Assembly (NCBI GenBank): GCA_964016885.1
Contig: OZ024751.1
Location: forward strand, 41,726,001 to 41,790,000
Direction: 5' to 3'
DNA length: 64,000 nucleotides
Source of the DNA: Eledone cirrhosa
Lineage: Eukaryota
Shown one piece after another: positions 1 through 13,081 of the stretch. The notes beneath the pieces are model-generated. The model saw only the letters and a list, made by a program, of their open reading frames with translations. It made no database searches and was not told the DNA's origin. Each line of letters opens with the position of its first letter. The stretch's first letter is position 1. The translations under genes and the position numbers were made by a program.

Positions 1-51
<51 letters not shown>

Positions 52-991
52 GCGTGTGCGTGTGTGTGTATGCGTGTGTGTGTTTATTGTTTTTATTATT
101 ATCATTATATTTAGATCACTAATCGTAATGGCTTCTTTCTTGAAAAATTCCAGGGCTTTCAAAGGGAAAGATTTAAATATATATAGAATGAAAGAATTTT
201 AAACTATCGAACTAGGTTAATCTATCGGATTGTTTGTTTTCAATGGTGATAAGAGAAGAGGAAGCGAGATTGAGAGATTGGATACAGAAAAAATATGGGA
301 CATTGTTAGAGAAAGGATAACCCCCCAGGTTATTTCTAGCTAATGCTTTGGCAATATCTTCAAATATCTTAAATAAGGAATACGGATCTGTGTTGGAAGT
401 TTTATGGTGAACCGCGAGTAAAACCAACGTACCTATTTAACCACACAGACTCAGAACATATCAATGATAGCAAAATGGCTCGAACGATCGAAAATAGGCG
501 ATAAGAGAAAAATACACAGCACAAAAAAAGATGAAAAACTACTCAAAAAAAAAACGAAAAAATCCTCAAAAAAAAGACGAAAAAAAATTTTTTTTTAATT
601 AAAAAAACAAATCCAAACAAAAAAAAATACAGTTCAAGAAAGAAATCAATATTTTGCTTCCTTTCATCAACTATCGAAGTCTATTAAATGTTTCATCTAA
701 AAGTTTACTCTTCACTGCTTTTAAAACACTGTCTTATCTTCTTCCTGTCAATGAGTGATATACAGAAATGAAAAACAATACCAATAGCTTCTTACTAAAC
801 ACAAAACAAACAAAACATATTCTAAGCAAGTAGAATCTCAAACTAATGTATTTATTTTTGTCTTTCTTAGAACATTTCTTTGGATTTTCCTATGAGGAAA
901 CAAATGACGTTAATTATTATATCTATATATCACACATTTAGACATTGGACAGGAGGTAAAGTAGAAACAATTATTATAATATAATATAAAT

Positions 992-1183
992 GGGCGGTGG
1001 ATTGGCAGTATCGGTAGAGGGTCGGACGCCATGCTTTGACGCATAGAGTTACAGCCCTTGCCATTCTGAGTTCAAATCCCGTCGAGGTTAACTTTGCGTT
1101 TCATCCGTACGAGGTCGATAAAATAAAGTACCAGTAATATACTGGGATAATTGCTGGCCTTGTGCCAAAAGTAGAAACAATTA
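992..1183 (+). mobile_element. tRNA-derived SINE (octopus OK-like), near full length
   Basis: GGTGGATTGGCAGTATCGGTAGAG (A-box-like) ... GAGTTCAAATCCC (B-box) ... GGTCGATAAAATAAAGTACCAG ... GGCCTTGTGCCAAAAGTAGAAACAATT; about 18 related copies in the window. Confidence 0.85.
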
Positions 1184-1200
1184 TTATAATATAATTATAT

Positions 1201-1380
1201 GTATCGGTAGAGAGTCGGAAGCCTTGCTTCGCAGCATAGAGTTACGGCCCATTATGATCTGAGTTCAAATCCCATCGGGGTCTATGAAATAAAGTACCAG
1301 TCACGTACTGGGGTCAATTTAATGGACTTTCCCGTCCCCCAAAATTGCTGGCCTTGTGCCTATATAAGAAACAATTATAA
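1201..1380 (+). mobile_element. OK-like SINE, second tandem copy
   Basis: Same head, B-box and AGAAACAATT tail, with an internal deletion. Confidence 0.8.
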
Positions 1381-1404
1381 TATAATTGTATGTATGGAGC
1401 CATG

Positions 1405-1497
1405 TGAGATCGACTGAAAAGTTCATAGGCTGAAGTGTTCATAAGCTGACCAAGATACTCTCATGGAACGACTAAATGTGATTTATTTTCAACATAA
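1405..1497. mobile_element. Mariner-type MITE fragment
   Basis: CGACTGAAAAGTTCATAGGCTGA terminus shared with 17349-17517 and 45882-46080. Confidence 0.6.
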
Positions 1498-2210
1498 TTA
1501 TGTTATGATAAAATCCCCGTTCAATATAAAGAGCTAGAACAAATATCACAATGGTATAATATCCAATATGGCCGGATGCAGTTATATGCTAATTTACACA
1601 GATATTCAAATGTCGTCAAAAGATTAATAATCAGAGCAACAGTTATGATATAAATTAACACGAATACATAAACATATTAAGGCTTACAATTTGTATACAG
1701 AGTCCACATCAATAATACTGCTACTTAGTTACATTACACATCCTACGCTATAAACACACACTATTCAATAGTAAATCTTACTTAGTACATTTTCTGCACA
1801 AGTCACATACCGACGACGCATATGATTTCGAATATGGTCAACATTAAGTGATCAAATAAATAGATTTGAAGTTAATCACAGAAACTTGAGCCTCGGCAAT
1901 TATTGAAATTTCTTGAATCATTGAAACTGAATTCGCAGCCAGTGAACTCTTTGTGTGGTTTGGATTTGATGTAACTCATAATCAATGTCAAAATGAAAGC
2001 TGTAATAGAATCTAAGTAAGTCGGAAATTGTAGGAATTGTTGTGTAATTGAAAAGTTAAAGCTTCACCATTTTCAAATTAGTCACCATAGACACCATTAC
2101 GAAAGAATAATAAATAAAATGGAGAAGGGAGGAAGGCTCGCGAGAGGATTAAGAATATGAAGTATAGTAACTTGAGGAGGCGAGGAAGATATATATATAT
2201 ATATATATAT

Positions 2211-2270
<60 letters not shown>

Positions 2271-2349
2271 ATTGATAGAAAGAGAGAGCGTGGTAGAGTG
2301 ATAGATAGATATGATAGATAGATATATATAGATATAGACATAGAAAGGG

Positions 2350-2510
2350 CAAGGTTGATTAAATCCTTCCCAGTTCTTGACTGGTACTTTATTTTATCGA
2401 CCCAGGTAGGGTGAAAAACAAAGTTGACCTCATCAGGATTTGAACTGAGAATGTAAAGAGCCAGAACAAATACCAAAGTATCATTTTATCCGACGTTCTA
2501 CCAATCTACC
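2350..2510 (-). mobile_element. Degenerate OK-like SINE
   Basis: CTGGTACTTTATTTTATCGACCC...GGATTTGAACTGAG. Confidence 0.7.
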
Positions 2511-3100
2511 ATATTAGCAAAACATTATTGAAAAATATGTACGAAACAGTATTTTAGTTGTAACGTATTAGCTTGTTGTAAATGTTAACAAGGATCTATC
2601 CACTAGGGAAATACGCGATAATCACATATTTTTAGACATTTACGAGTTTTTTTTCTGCTCTTTTGAGTTTACAGAGGCGTTCATGGATTTGATTCGTTTT
2701 GGCTTTAAAACCTTCTCTTGCACTTCATTCTAACAACTATGATTTCTTCTCTCAGGCGGCAGATTTCTTGTCCTCTTCATCTTTGCTGCTTTGTAGTTTT
2801 GATATTAACCTTCCTGCCTTCTGTTTCAAAACACGCTCTTTCTTGTTAAATTCTATGTTACAATCGTGAAGATAAATCATTAACGAATGTCTTGAAATAA
2901 AAGACAATCAACATACAGTAAAGATGGAGGAAACAGAATATTTCAATGTTTTGGTGTTAACGAGTATTGATAAAGATTGTATACTGTTGGCAACAAAATA
3001 ACGATTTCTGTTAATTAGATGCCTAATTATTATAAAAACCATAGAGGAAACAAGACAAATATAATCTCGTTTTCATAAAGAAAACAGAGTTTGCATACAG

Positions 3101-3285
3101 ATAATTGTTTCTACTTTAGGCACAAGGCCAGCAATTACCCAGTGCATTACTGGTACTTTATTTTATCGACCCCGTAAGGATGAAAGGCAAAGTCAACCTC
3201 GGCGGGATTTGAACTCAGATCGTAAAGGGACGTAACTATGCTGGAAAGCATGGCGTCCGACCCTCTACCGATACTGCCAATCCAC
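3101..3285 (-). mobile_element. OK-like SINE
   Basis: Reverse complement of the 992-1183 consensus. Confidence 0.85.
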
Positions 3286-3978
3286 TGAACAGAGAATGAA
3301 AAGAGACCGAAAGTATGCAATTAGAAATATCTTCTGCTTGTTTTTAACAAATAATTTTAAAAATTGGTGACAGTCATCCTAGTTTCAATAATTATCTGAG
3401 TTCTTGGATAAAAAAAAATCTTTTCTTGTGCAACATTTAACAACACCCGTCCCCTTTACCGAACAAACACTACGTATGAGAGGTTTGAAATAACTCTTCA
3501 CTTGACTCTAACTTAATGATAAAAGGATACGTAGAAAAACGTATATCATTTTATATCGAGGCATTCCATTCCTTTTCGCTATGTAAGTTTACTAAAGAAA
3601 ATAAGTGAAAACGTGTTTCAGAATTTATGTGAAGACTCAGTAATACACCAAATGTCATAAAAGTGTGAGGCGGCGAATTTGCGTTAGAATGTCAAATAGA
3701 ATACTTTGTGGTATTCCTTTCGAGGTCAACATTGCCATTCATCCTTTCAAATATATATATATGCAGTGACGGACTCGGTCTAATAATATTGGTTGCCAGA
3801 TGAAGGGGACCCACCTGCATATAGAATGCTATCATTTATTTTTTTATAATGAATAAATAACATTTTCGAAAAATAGATAAGTGGAAACAAAACATTGCAA
3901 TTAAATTTTTGCGGAAAAATATCTTACCTTCGCCAATAAAAAATATTATGTATTTTGCGAGATCCAGAGACTTTCAAT

Positions 3979-4430
3979 AATGACCAGAAGTCGACCCTAA
4001 ATATTACTAATAGCTCTAGGACTGGTGTCCTAGAGCTATTTTTTAACATTGATTTCGAAAGTAGGTTTATAATTATCAATTTTCATTATACGTTTGTAAT
4101 TGTCTCAGTGGCCTAGTTGGAGGAATCATAGACGTTGGTGATCCTGGTCTGAAGTTCGATCCTGGTCGGAAGAAGGGTTCCAAGTAAACCTTTTCAGTTT
4201 TTTTTCTTCTATGGGTTGTAAAATAAAAACTGAAAAAGGTTACATGCACCGCTTGACCCGGATTGAAACCACCGTCTCTAGTACTTACCACTAGGCCACA
4301 GAGACAACTATGAAAATGTGATGAAAATACATACTTAAAAAATCTACTTTCAAAATTTTCCAAACAAAGTGTTGTGGTGTCGTTCATGTCTTTCTTAATT
4401 TTCCTACTTAAGGTCGACTTCTAAATCATT
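3979..4430. mobile_element. TIR-bounded MITE-like element with two inverted tRNA-like segments
   Basis: TIRs AATGACCAGAAGTCGACCCTAA / TTAAGGTCGACTTCTAAATCATT; internal TGTCTCAGTGGCCTAGTTGG and its inverted counterpart near 4288-4308. Confidence 0.5.
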
Positions 4431-5088
4431 TGGGTGTTCCATAAACTACATCCTCGTTTTCTTTCACATCTATCTAGACTATATTTTAACCTGTAATCCA
4501 TGTTTCATTTCTGTTCCACCTCATATCTCCCCCCCCCCCGCACCCTCTCTCTCTCTCTCTTCTGATATTTGAATCTACAATGATTTGGGCTTACCTTATT
4601 CCTATATATATGTTTTTGCATGTCAGTTAGATTCAAACTTACAATGATTGGCATTATGTGTGTGTGGGGAGAGGGGTCTGTGTATGTATGTGTGTGTATG
4701 TGTGTGTGTGTGTGTCTGTGTGTACATCAGAATTGCTAATCATGAAAAATCCAATATATATATGCACAGAAAAAAGAGAAAGTAAGAGGGTGATAAATAC
4801 ATACAGAAAGGGAGGAAACGATGTGTTAAAATTTGCAATAGTTTCATCTATAGAATTATTTTCATGATTGAATTATGGAACTATGACATCCCCCCCCCCC
4901 CCCATTATATTGTAAATGTATTGTTGAAGAAGGGTTGTAAGATAAACAATAACAGTGAGGGAGTTGAATAGTAATTTAGAAAGAAGTATGTAGAGAGATG
5001 TGGGAAATATGAGAGAAGAAGGAAGTTGGAGTTTGGTCAAAGGTGAGGCAGATATGATTCTAAACGGCTGCATATACAAAAGTTAAAA

Positions 5089-5277
5089 TAATTGTTTCTA
5101 CTTTAGGCACAAGGCCAGCAATTACCCAGTGCATTACTGGTACTTTATTTTATCGACCCCATAAGGATGAAAGGCAAAGTCAACCTCGACGGACTATTGA
5201 ACTCAGACCGTAAAAGGACGTAACTATGCTGGAAAGCATGGCGTCCGAACCTCTACCTATACTGCCAATCCACCACC
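5089..5277 (-). mobile_element. OK-like SINE with target-site duplication (TSD)
   Basis: Consensus match; TSD CAAAAGTTAAAATAAT at 5077-5092 and 5278-5293. Confidence 0.9.
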
Positions 5278-5626
5278 CAAAAGTTAAAATAATGTTGTTT
5301 AGTTATTCAGAAACCTGTTAAATAGATAGAAATCATTAGGGGAAGATGGCCGTTTTCGTATAATCATATATTTCCCGCAAGGGAAGTAACTATGTGCCAA
5401 GAGTGCCTCCTTCCTGTTATTAAGATTTGGCAAATGAATCAGTATTACATTTTAATCAGGAATTTTCAGTTATTCATTAAAAAATCATGTTACTTGAATA
5501 TCAACATTGAGTATATATACTCGCTATTGATTGTGTGTGTGTGTGTGTGTGTATATATGTATATTTATATATATATATATATATACATATGTATGTGTGT
5601 ATATATAATATATATGTGTGTGTGTG

Positions 5627-5660
<34 letters not shown>

Positions 5661-5674
5661 CATATACATATGTA

Positions 5675-5854
<180 letters not shown>

Positions 5855-6014
5855 TGTGTGAGTGTGTGTGTGTATATATTATAAATACAGGCGTCTGTGT
5901 ATTGATGCATTATTGATGGACTTAAGAATGATTTAGAGTTGATATATTCATTTATCATGGTTAAGTGGTGAAACCCCAGAGTAACAAGGCTCACCATTTA
6001 TTCAAAATAAATTC

Positions 6015-6058
<44 letters not shown>

Positions 6059-6066
<8 letters not shown>

Positions 6067-6221
6067 TTGAGGTTGGTAATGGCACATGGAATATATAAGA
6101 GACAGAATACTTTTTTGTGAAAAAACATAATTTTATAAGGTAAGGAAAATTATGTTTTTTCACAAAAAAGTATTCTGTCTCTTATATATTCCATGTGCCA
6201 TTACCAACCTCAATTTTCTCT
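6059..6221. repeat. Perfect 76-bp-arm palindrome of the 3' tail of an HHR-element family
   Basis: Arms 6059-6134 and 6146-6221; same sequence as 25862-25950, which continues into a degenerate HHR. Confidence 0.85.
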
Positions 6222-6252
6222 ATAACCTTCGTTTTGTGTAGAAAATTACACT

Positions 6253-6293
<41 letters not shown>

Positions 6294-6504
6294 TGAGTGT
6301 TTGTTTGTGTGAATGTATGTGTCAATGTGCATGTGCGCTGTGTGTCTGTGTGTGTATATGCATATGTGCATATGTACGCACAGATGTAGATGGAGAACTG
6401 ATATTGAGCAGGTAATTTTAATTTGGGAATATTTAATGTAACATTCATGAAACGTCTATTTTTCTCCAACATAAATATTTCATATAACAAAGCTAGTTGT
6501 TGCT

Positions 6505-7375
6505 ATGATATCTTACGATATATAACATGGCTAGGTACTGCTGTGATATCTTCCTATATAACATGGCTAGGTACTGCTGTGATATTTTCCTATATAACAT
6601 ACCTAGATATTGCTGGGATACCTTCCTATATAACATGGTTAGGTACTGCTGTGATATCTTCCTATATAACATACCTAGATATTGCTGGGATATCTTCCTA
6701 TATAACATACCTAGATATTGCTGTGATATCTTCCTATATAACATACCTAGATATTGCTGGGATATCTTACGATATATAACATACCTAGATATTGCTGTGA
6801 TATCTTCCTATATAACATGGCTAGGTACTGCTGTGATATCTTCCTATATAACATACCTAGATATTGCTGGGATATCTTCCTATATAACATACCTAGATAT
6901 TGCTGTGATATCTTCCTATATAACATACCTAGATATTGCTGGGATATCTTACGATATATAACATACCTAGATATTGCTGTGATATCTTCCTATATAACAT
7001 GGCTAGGTACTGCTGTGATATCTTCCTATATAACATACCTAGATATTGGTGGGATATCTTCCTATATAACATACCTAGATATTGGTGGGATATCTTCCTA
7101 TATAACATGGCTAGGTACTGCTGTGATATCTTACGATATATAACATACCTAGATATTGCTGGGATACCTTCCTATATAACATACCTAGATATTGCTGGGA
7201 TACCTTCCTATATAACATACCTAGATATTGCTGGGATATCTTCCTATATAACATGGCTAGATATTGCTGGGATATCTTCCTATATAACATACCTAGATAT
7301 TGCTGGGATATCTTCCTATATAACATGGTTAGATACTTCCTATATAACATGGTTAGATACTTCCTATATAACATG
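6505..7375. repeat. 36-bp minisatellite
   Basis: Unit TATATAACAT(ACC/GGC)TAG(ATAT/GTAC)TGCTG(G/T)GATATCTTCC, about 24 copies. Confidence 0.95.
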
Positions 7376-7395
7376 ACTAGTTATTGGTATAATAG

Positions 7396-7496
<101 letters not shown>

Positions 7497-7558
7497 GATC
7501 CCGTTAAGGGTGAAAGCAGCGATTCTTTGCTTAAACTTTAATCTGTTATTTTAATAAA
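7497..7558 (+). mobile_element. 5'-truncated HHR-element fragment (family of 25652-25726)
   Basis: GATCCCGTTAAGGGT GAAA GCA..TGC TT AAACTTTAATCTGTTATTTTAATAAA then (TA)n; truncated inside the core. Confidence 0.65.
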
Positions 7559-8207
7559 TATATATATATAAGTATAGTATCTTAGTATATATATAACAAT
7601 CTCAGACATTGCTGTAATGACTTACTAATTAAACTTTTTTTCCTGCTATTCATCGTTCAAACATTTCATTGAATGAAATATACGACTTTTATGATACGAA
7701 GGAAATGTGTCTCTTAAACCAATATCATAGATGCTTTATGTTGGAAACTATACAGATTTGGAAACATTAAACCTATCAAACATACATTACACTCTTTATT
7801 TCATTATTAATAATATCTCAAGAAAGATGGACGACTGGAACTTTCCTATATTATCGAATAAAACAAAAGAATTGATTTTCTTTATTTCCTTTTAAAACAA
7901 CCTGAAAGAAATAATTTATTATTGTATCATTGTCTCCCCTCTTCATTTCTCTTTACTTTCCTCGAGACGAAAACCAAACACAGAAATGTATGTAAATGAA
8001 TACATCAAATGAGAATTAGATGCATACATACTTACATACATATATATACATATATATACATACATATATAGTTACATACATATATAGTTACATACATACA
8101 TATTATACAGTTACATATATATAAACATACATACTTATATACATATATACAGACATATATAGTTACATATATATAAACATACATACTTATATACATATAT
8201 ACATTAT

Positions 8208-8738
8208 GATGGCTGCCCCCTCGTTATCGAGTATGGCCATTGCACGATATACCATTATTAATAATTATTAATTAATTCTATCATGCAATGCCTGTGCGTG
8301 AAGATATTTTTTAAAGTGAGGAAAGACTGTGGAACCAATCCCACTCTCTGAGCGACAGTAGCTATAACCCGAAAAGAAGAAAAGATCAAGATCACCGGTA
8401 ACTACTGAGCCGCAGCTTTTATATCGGAGTTATCCCAGTTTCCTGAGTTGCCTTCTCCAAGAAGAATGCCCTGACAAAGGCTATGGGTCCTTCACTCCCA
8501 GTGGTTTAACCGCGAGGTATATGTGTATATACATATTTACACACTTTGGGATGGCCGTTGACTCTTATGAGTTCTTCCGCCCTTTGTCAGGTTTTGTTTT
8601 TTGTCCTGCAGGGTGTCCAAAGTCACCCTCCTCACCAAGTAAACTTGGTGGGGATGCCGGTTTAGTCGCCGACAACCAGACCTTGCAACAGGTTGTACTG
8701 GGTTACATGTTACCAGTAGCACTCAAGAGTGACCCGAC
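8208..8738. mobile_element. Unclassified interspersed repeat flanked by (TACA)n
   Basis: Homologous along its length to 14888-15458 and partly to 16638-16960. Confidence 0.7.
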
Positions 8739-9147
8739 ATATATACATACATACATATTTACATACATATTATATAGTTACATATATATAAACATACATA
8801 CATATATACATTTATACATCTACATCCACATCTACACACACTCACATCTATATCTACATACACATCTACACACACTCACTCACATGTGTATGTATTAGTG
8901 ATGTGATCCCTACTAAGGATACTGCAAGTCCTGTACAAGACAAATAACTAATATGCTATTAACAAGCGTGTCCTTAAGTACGAAACTCTTTAAACTATAT
9001 ATGATGCTATATCATTAAATTCACTTAGCAGGTAATTATATTTCATTCTTCATAGTATCAAGAGCAATGGCTTAATTAACAAGTCATTTGATTACATCCA
9101 TAATTAACGTCTTAAATTTTGGAGTTGATAAAATAAATAAGTGTAAA

Positions 9148-9327
9148 TAATTGTTTCTACTTTTGGCACAAGGCTAGCTATTACCCCAGTGTATTACTGG
9201 TACTTTATTTTATCGACTCCGTAAGGATGAAAGGCAAAGTTAACCTCGGCGGGATTTGAACTCAGAATGGCAAGGGCCGTAACTCAATGCGTCAAAGCAT
9301 GGCGTCCGACCCTCTACCGATACTGCC
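9148..9327 (-). mobile_element. OK-like SINE with TSD
   Basis: TSD ATAAGTGTAAATAAT at 9137-9151 and 9328-9342. Confidence 0.9.
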
Positions 9328-9494
9328 ATAAGTGTAAATAATGTTACACAATAATATACTGAATGAAGACATGTGTTTTACAATATCGATGGTGATTGAA
9401 ATCTTTTAAAACAGAATTATAAGCCAAACTAGCCATCTTCAATTCGGTATTCCTACCAACTCTTACCTATGGTCATATCTTGGGTAATAACCGA

Positions 9495-9620
9495 AAGAAT
9501 ACAATCGTGAATACAAGCGACCGAAATGGAGTTCCTCCGAAGAGTCTTTGGAGTAATGTTACTCGATAGAGTGCCAAGCTCAGCAATTGACTGGAAGCGA
9601 TTTCCAGAGATGACTGAAGA
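9495..9620 (+). mobile_element. RTE-clade LINE ORF remnant
   Basis: Encodes IQATEMEFLRRVFGVMLLDRV; homologous to 42340-42645. Confidence 0.65.
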
Positions 9621-10708
9621 GATGGGACTGTACTTTTTTCCATTGTTTTTTGTTTTTTCTTTTCATTGTCTTTGTCCTGTACGACTCCTATTTTGAATTT
9701 ATATATATGTGTGTGTGTGTGTGTGTCTGTTTCTGTGTGCGTGCGTATATTTTTTTGTGTCTGTGCGTGTGTGTGTGTGTGTGAGTATGTGTGTAAAAGA
9801 AATATATATTTAGATACTCATACTTTAAAAAAAATTTTTATTATTACAAATCCTTAAAATCTCAATCCCATATACGTCATTTTTCACGACACGGGTACCA
9901 ATACCAAAATGTTAATATTTCCCCCCATTCAGTATCAGTTGTGCATATCTCCATTAGTATGAAATTGAGTGTAATGTGTTTTACAGGAGAAAAACGCAAA
10001 TAAAACATTTTTAAATAATTATTTTTTAATATTAAATACAATACACAAAAAAATAGAATATTTTTCAAATAAAAATGATGATATTAAAATGGCTGCGTTA
10101 ATGTTTTTGACATCAAGCCAGTTTCTGTTTTGTAACTGGCTTTGCACTTTGTACATAACCACAATACAGGTCTTAATTGCCAAGTCAACCTAAATTGTAA
10201 GTAGGCAGTTTCCATTAGAGTACACACACACACACACACACTCACACACACATAAATATGCACACACACACTCACACACACATACATACATACATATATA
10301 CATACATACACACACATAAACACACACACATACACACGCATATGCATACATACACGCACACACACACACATAAATATGCACACACACACTCACACACATA
10401 CATACATACACACACACACATAAACACACACACATACATACACACACATAAACACACACATACACACGCATATGCATACATACATAAACATGCACATACA
10501 CACACATACATGCATACATACATGCATACACACACACATAAACACACACACATACACACGAATATGCATACATATACACACACACACACATACATACATA
10601 CATACATACATACATACATACATACACACACATAAACACACACATACACACGCATATGCATACATACACACACATATACATGCACACACATACGCACAGA
10701 CTTATATG

Positions 10709-10742
<34 letters not shown>

Positions 10743-11138
10743 CGTGTGTGTGAGAGAGAGAGTGTGTGTGTGTATATATATATATACATATGTAGCAGGT
10801 GAGTTTTATTGTAGCACAATAATTATCTTACAACGTTTTTTTTTTATTTTTCTGTCAGACAGTGTTTCTCAGTATTAAAGGTTATCTCTCTCTCTCTCTC
10901 TCTCACTCATTTTCTCCTCCTCTCACATCGTTCCTTCTTATACTCCTCCTCCGTCATCCTTTCCTTATTATTATATATTTTCTTCTATCTATATTTTTTC
11001 TTCCTCTTCCTTACCTTTTCTTTCCCCCTTTCCTTTCCTTTTTTCCAATCTCATATATCCCTCTAATTTTATTTTTCATATGTTGATTTAACACTTCACT
11101 GCTCGCAAGTGTTTTTTAAGCTTCATATCATGTCTCCC

Positions 11139-11209
11139 TATTTTATCTGATGAGAACGCAAATATCATCCCATGATGATATTTGTTTTTGAAATGCGCAT
11201 AATAAAATA
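11139..11209 (+). ncRNA. Type I hammerhead ribozyme motif
   Basis: Stem I TATTTTAT/ATAAAATA; CTGATGA 11147-11153; 16-bp stem II with one mismatch; GAAA 11190-11193; T-GCGC-A stem III; AUA cleavage triplet. Confidence 0.85.
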
Positions 11210-11331
11210 CATGGAACTCTTTTAACCATCTTTTGATTTTATATTATATATATATATATATATATATTTGTATGTATGTATGTATATTTATATATATATG
11301 TATGTGTGTGCGTGTGTGCGTGTGTGTGTGC

Positions 11332-11409
<78 letters not shown>

Positions 11410-11599
11410 GTATGTGTTTGCGTGTGTGTGTGTATATATCTATCTATATATATATATATGTTTTGAGTATATGTTGGTTGTATACTAACACCTCAATATG
11501 TAGATTGGAGCACTCGACGAAGTGCGCAGGTTGGTTTGGTTACTCCGGAGTAATGTAAAATAAACTAAAATAAATGTCAGCAGCAGCAAGACCTAGGCT

Positions 11600-12030
11600 G
11601 ACCACAGCACCAACACCACTACCAAAATAAGGGTAGAGGTCAGATGTACTTAACAATAGCAAAAACAAACACTACAGGTAGCCTCACCCCAGAAAGAATT
11701 TCTATAGACTTTTGACCGAGGAATGCTCTCACAACTGACCAATGGGAGGAGTGACCTTACAAATCTTTCTAACATTGAGATTGGGTATAACACACACACA
11801 TTTTATTTGATTATTTTATTTTATTTTGTTCCTTTACCATCTTATTCCTTCTACCACTTTATCATTTTTTTTAGCTGACTCCAGCACCAACACCACTACC
11901 AACATAAGAGTAGAGGTCAGATGTACTTAACAATAACAAGAACAACCACTACAGATTGCCTCGCCTCAGAACGAATTTCTATAGACTTTTGACTGAGGAA
12001 TGTACCCACAACTGACCAATGAGAGGAGAA
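11600..12030. repeat. Diverged ~150-bp direct duplication
   Basis: CAGCACCAACACCACTACCAA..GTAGAGGTCAGATGTACTTAACAATA...ACAACTGACCAATG at about 11605-11750 and 11882-12025. Confidence 0.8.
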
Positions 12031-12184
12031 GATGTCCTTTGACGCTGAAATTCGTTTGTTTAAATTCATATGATTCCAGTTCCTCGGTGAAATAACAGCC
12101 CAACCAGGAACTGGGCATATCAGAGTATTGACAAAGTTAAACACCTCAACAACATGTGTACTCGTCTCTACCACACTAATTCGG

Positions 12185-12239
12185 ACTGTCTGAAGAGTTC
12201 ACAGCCAAAGATGGCTGTCACCGAAATATATATAGCAGT
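12185..12239 (+). ncRNA. Type I hammerhead ribozyme motif
   Basis: ACTGT-CTGAAGA-gttcACAGCCA aaga TGGCTGTcacc-GAAA-TATATA-TA-GCAGT. Confidence 0.8.
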
Positions 12240-13081
12240 AATAAACGAAGCCGAATTTTAAACATTTAACTTATTTATTTTAGTTTATTTTATATATATA
12301 TACGTATATATGTATGTGTTTTCGTGTGTGTCTGTACATATAAATAATTTGGAAGCACTAAATTACAGAACTCTTTAAAAAATATAAATTTTATAATGAC
12401 ATGCCAGAAATGTTGTTGTGAAATATAAGACAATTAATATTCCAGTGGTTTTATGTGATACATTTTGTTGTGTAAATATTTTGCAAGTTATTTGAGAAAT
12501 GTTATTAACGAGATTATAGAAAAAATACTTCGAAAAGATATATTTACAAAATATTGAAATTTTAACCAAACTCTCATTGTTACCATAGCGCAATAGAAAA
12601 TCCTTTTTTTATTTGTAGGATTACTTAAAGATTAAATGCAAATTTAATTTTCAGATATAATGTTTTGATGACTTAGAGTTTACTGAGTAAATAGTTTTAC
12701 GTTAAACAATAAATATCTCAGATATACATTTGGTAACAAAATGAAAGAAAGAAAGAAAATGTGAATTTATTCAGAAGACTACTACTCAACTGAGTTTGGG
12801 ATGATTAATTTTATTCTTCGTAATTTTAGTCTTCGTAATTCATATCACCATAAAATATATCGATTTCTATGCCAAAACATTTGTATTGCATTGGGTTTAA
12901 TTGTCCTAATATATCATATATCATTGCTATTCAGCTGATTATTAGCGCTAATTTAGGTAATTACTTCTAAATGAGATAAAATCTATGTGCTTATGTTTAG
13001 GCTCGAACAAAATGAAATATTCTTAATATAAAGAACAATAACTAAAGAAGGTCAGTGGCTTAAATTTTGTAGTTTTATAAA

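Noticed and set aside
128-503. Coding-like stretch on + strand (MASFLKNS... / ...EEEARLRDWIQKKYG...)
   Set aside because: Interrupted by stops and a frameshift, and no family recognised
992-1090. tRNA gene
   Set aside because: A/B boxes belong to a SINE head; no canonical cloverleaf
6505-7375. 36-bp repeats resembling a CRISPR array
   Set aside because: Head-to-tail units with no unique spacers, no cas genes, eukaryotic context
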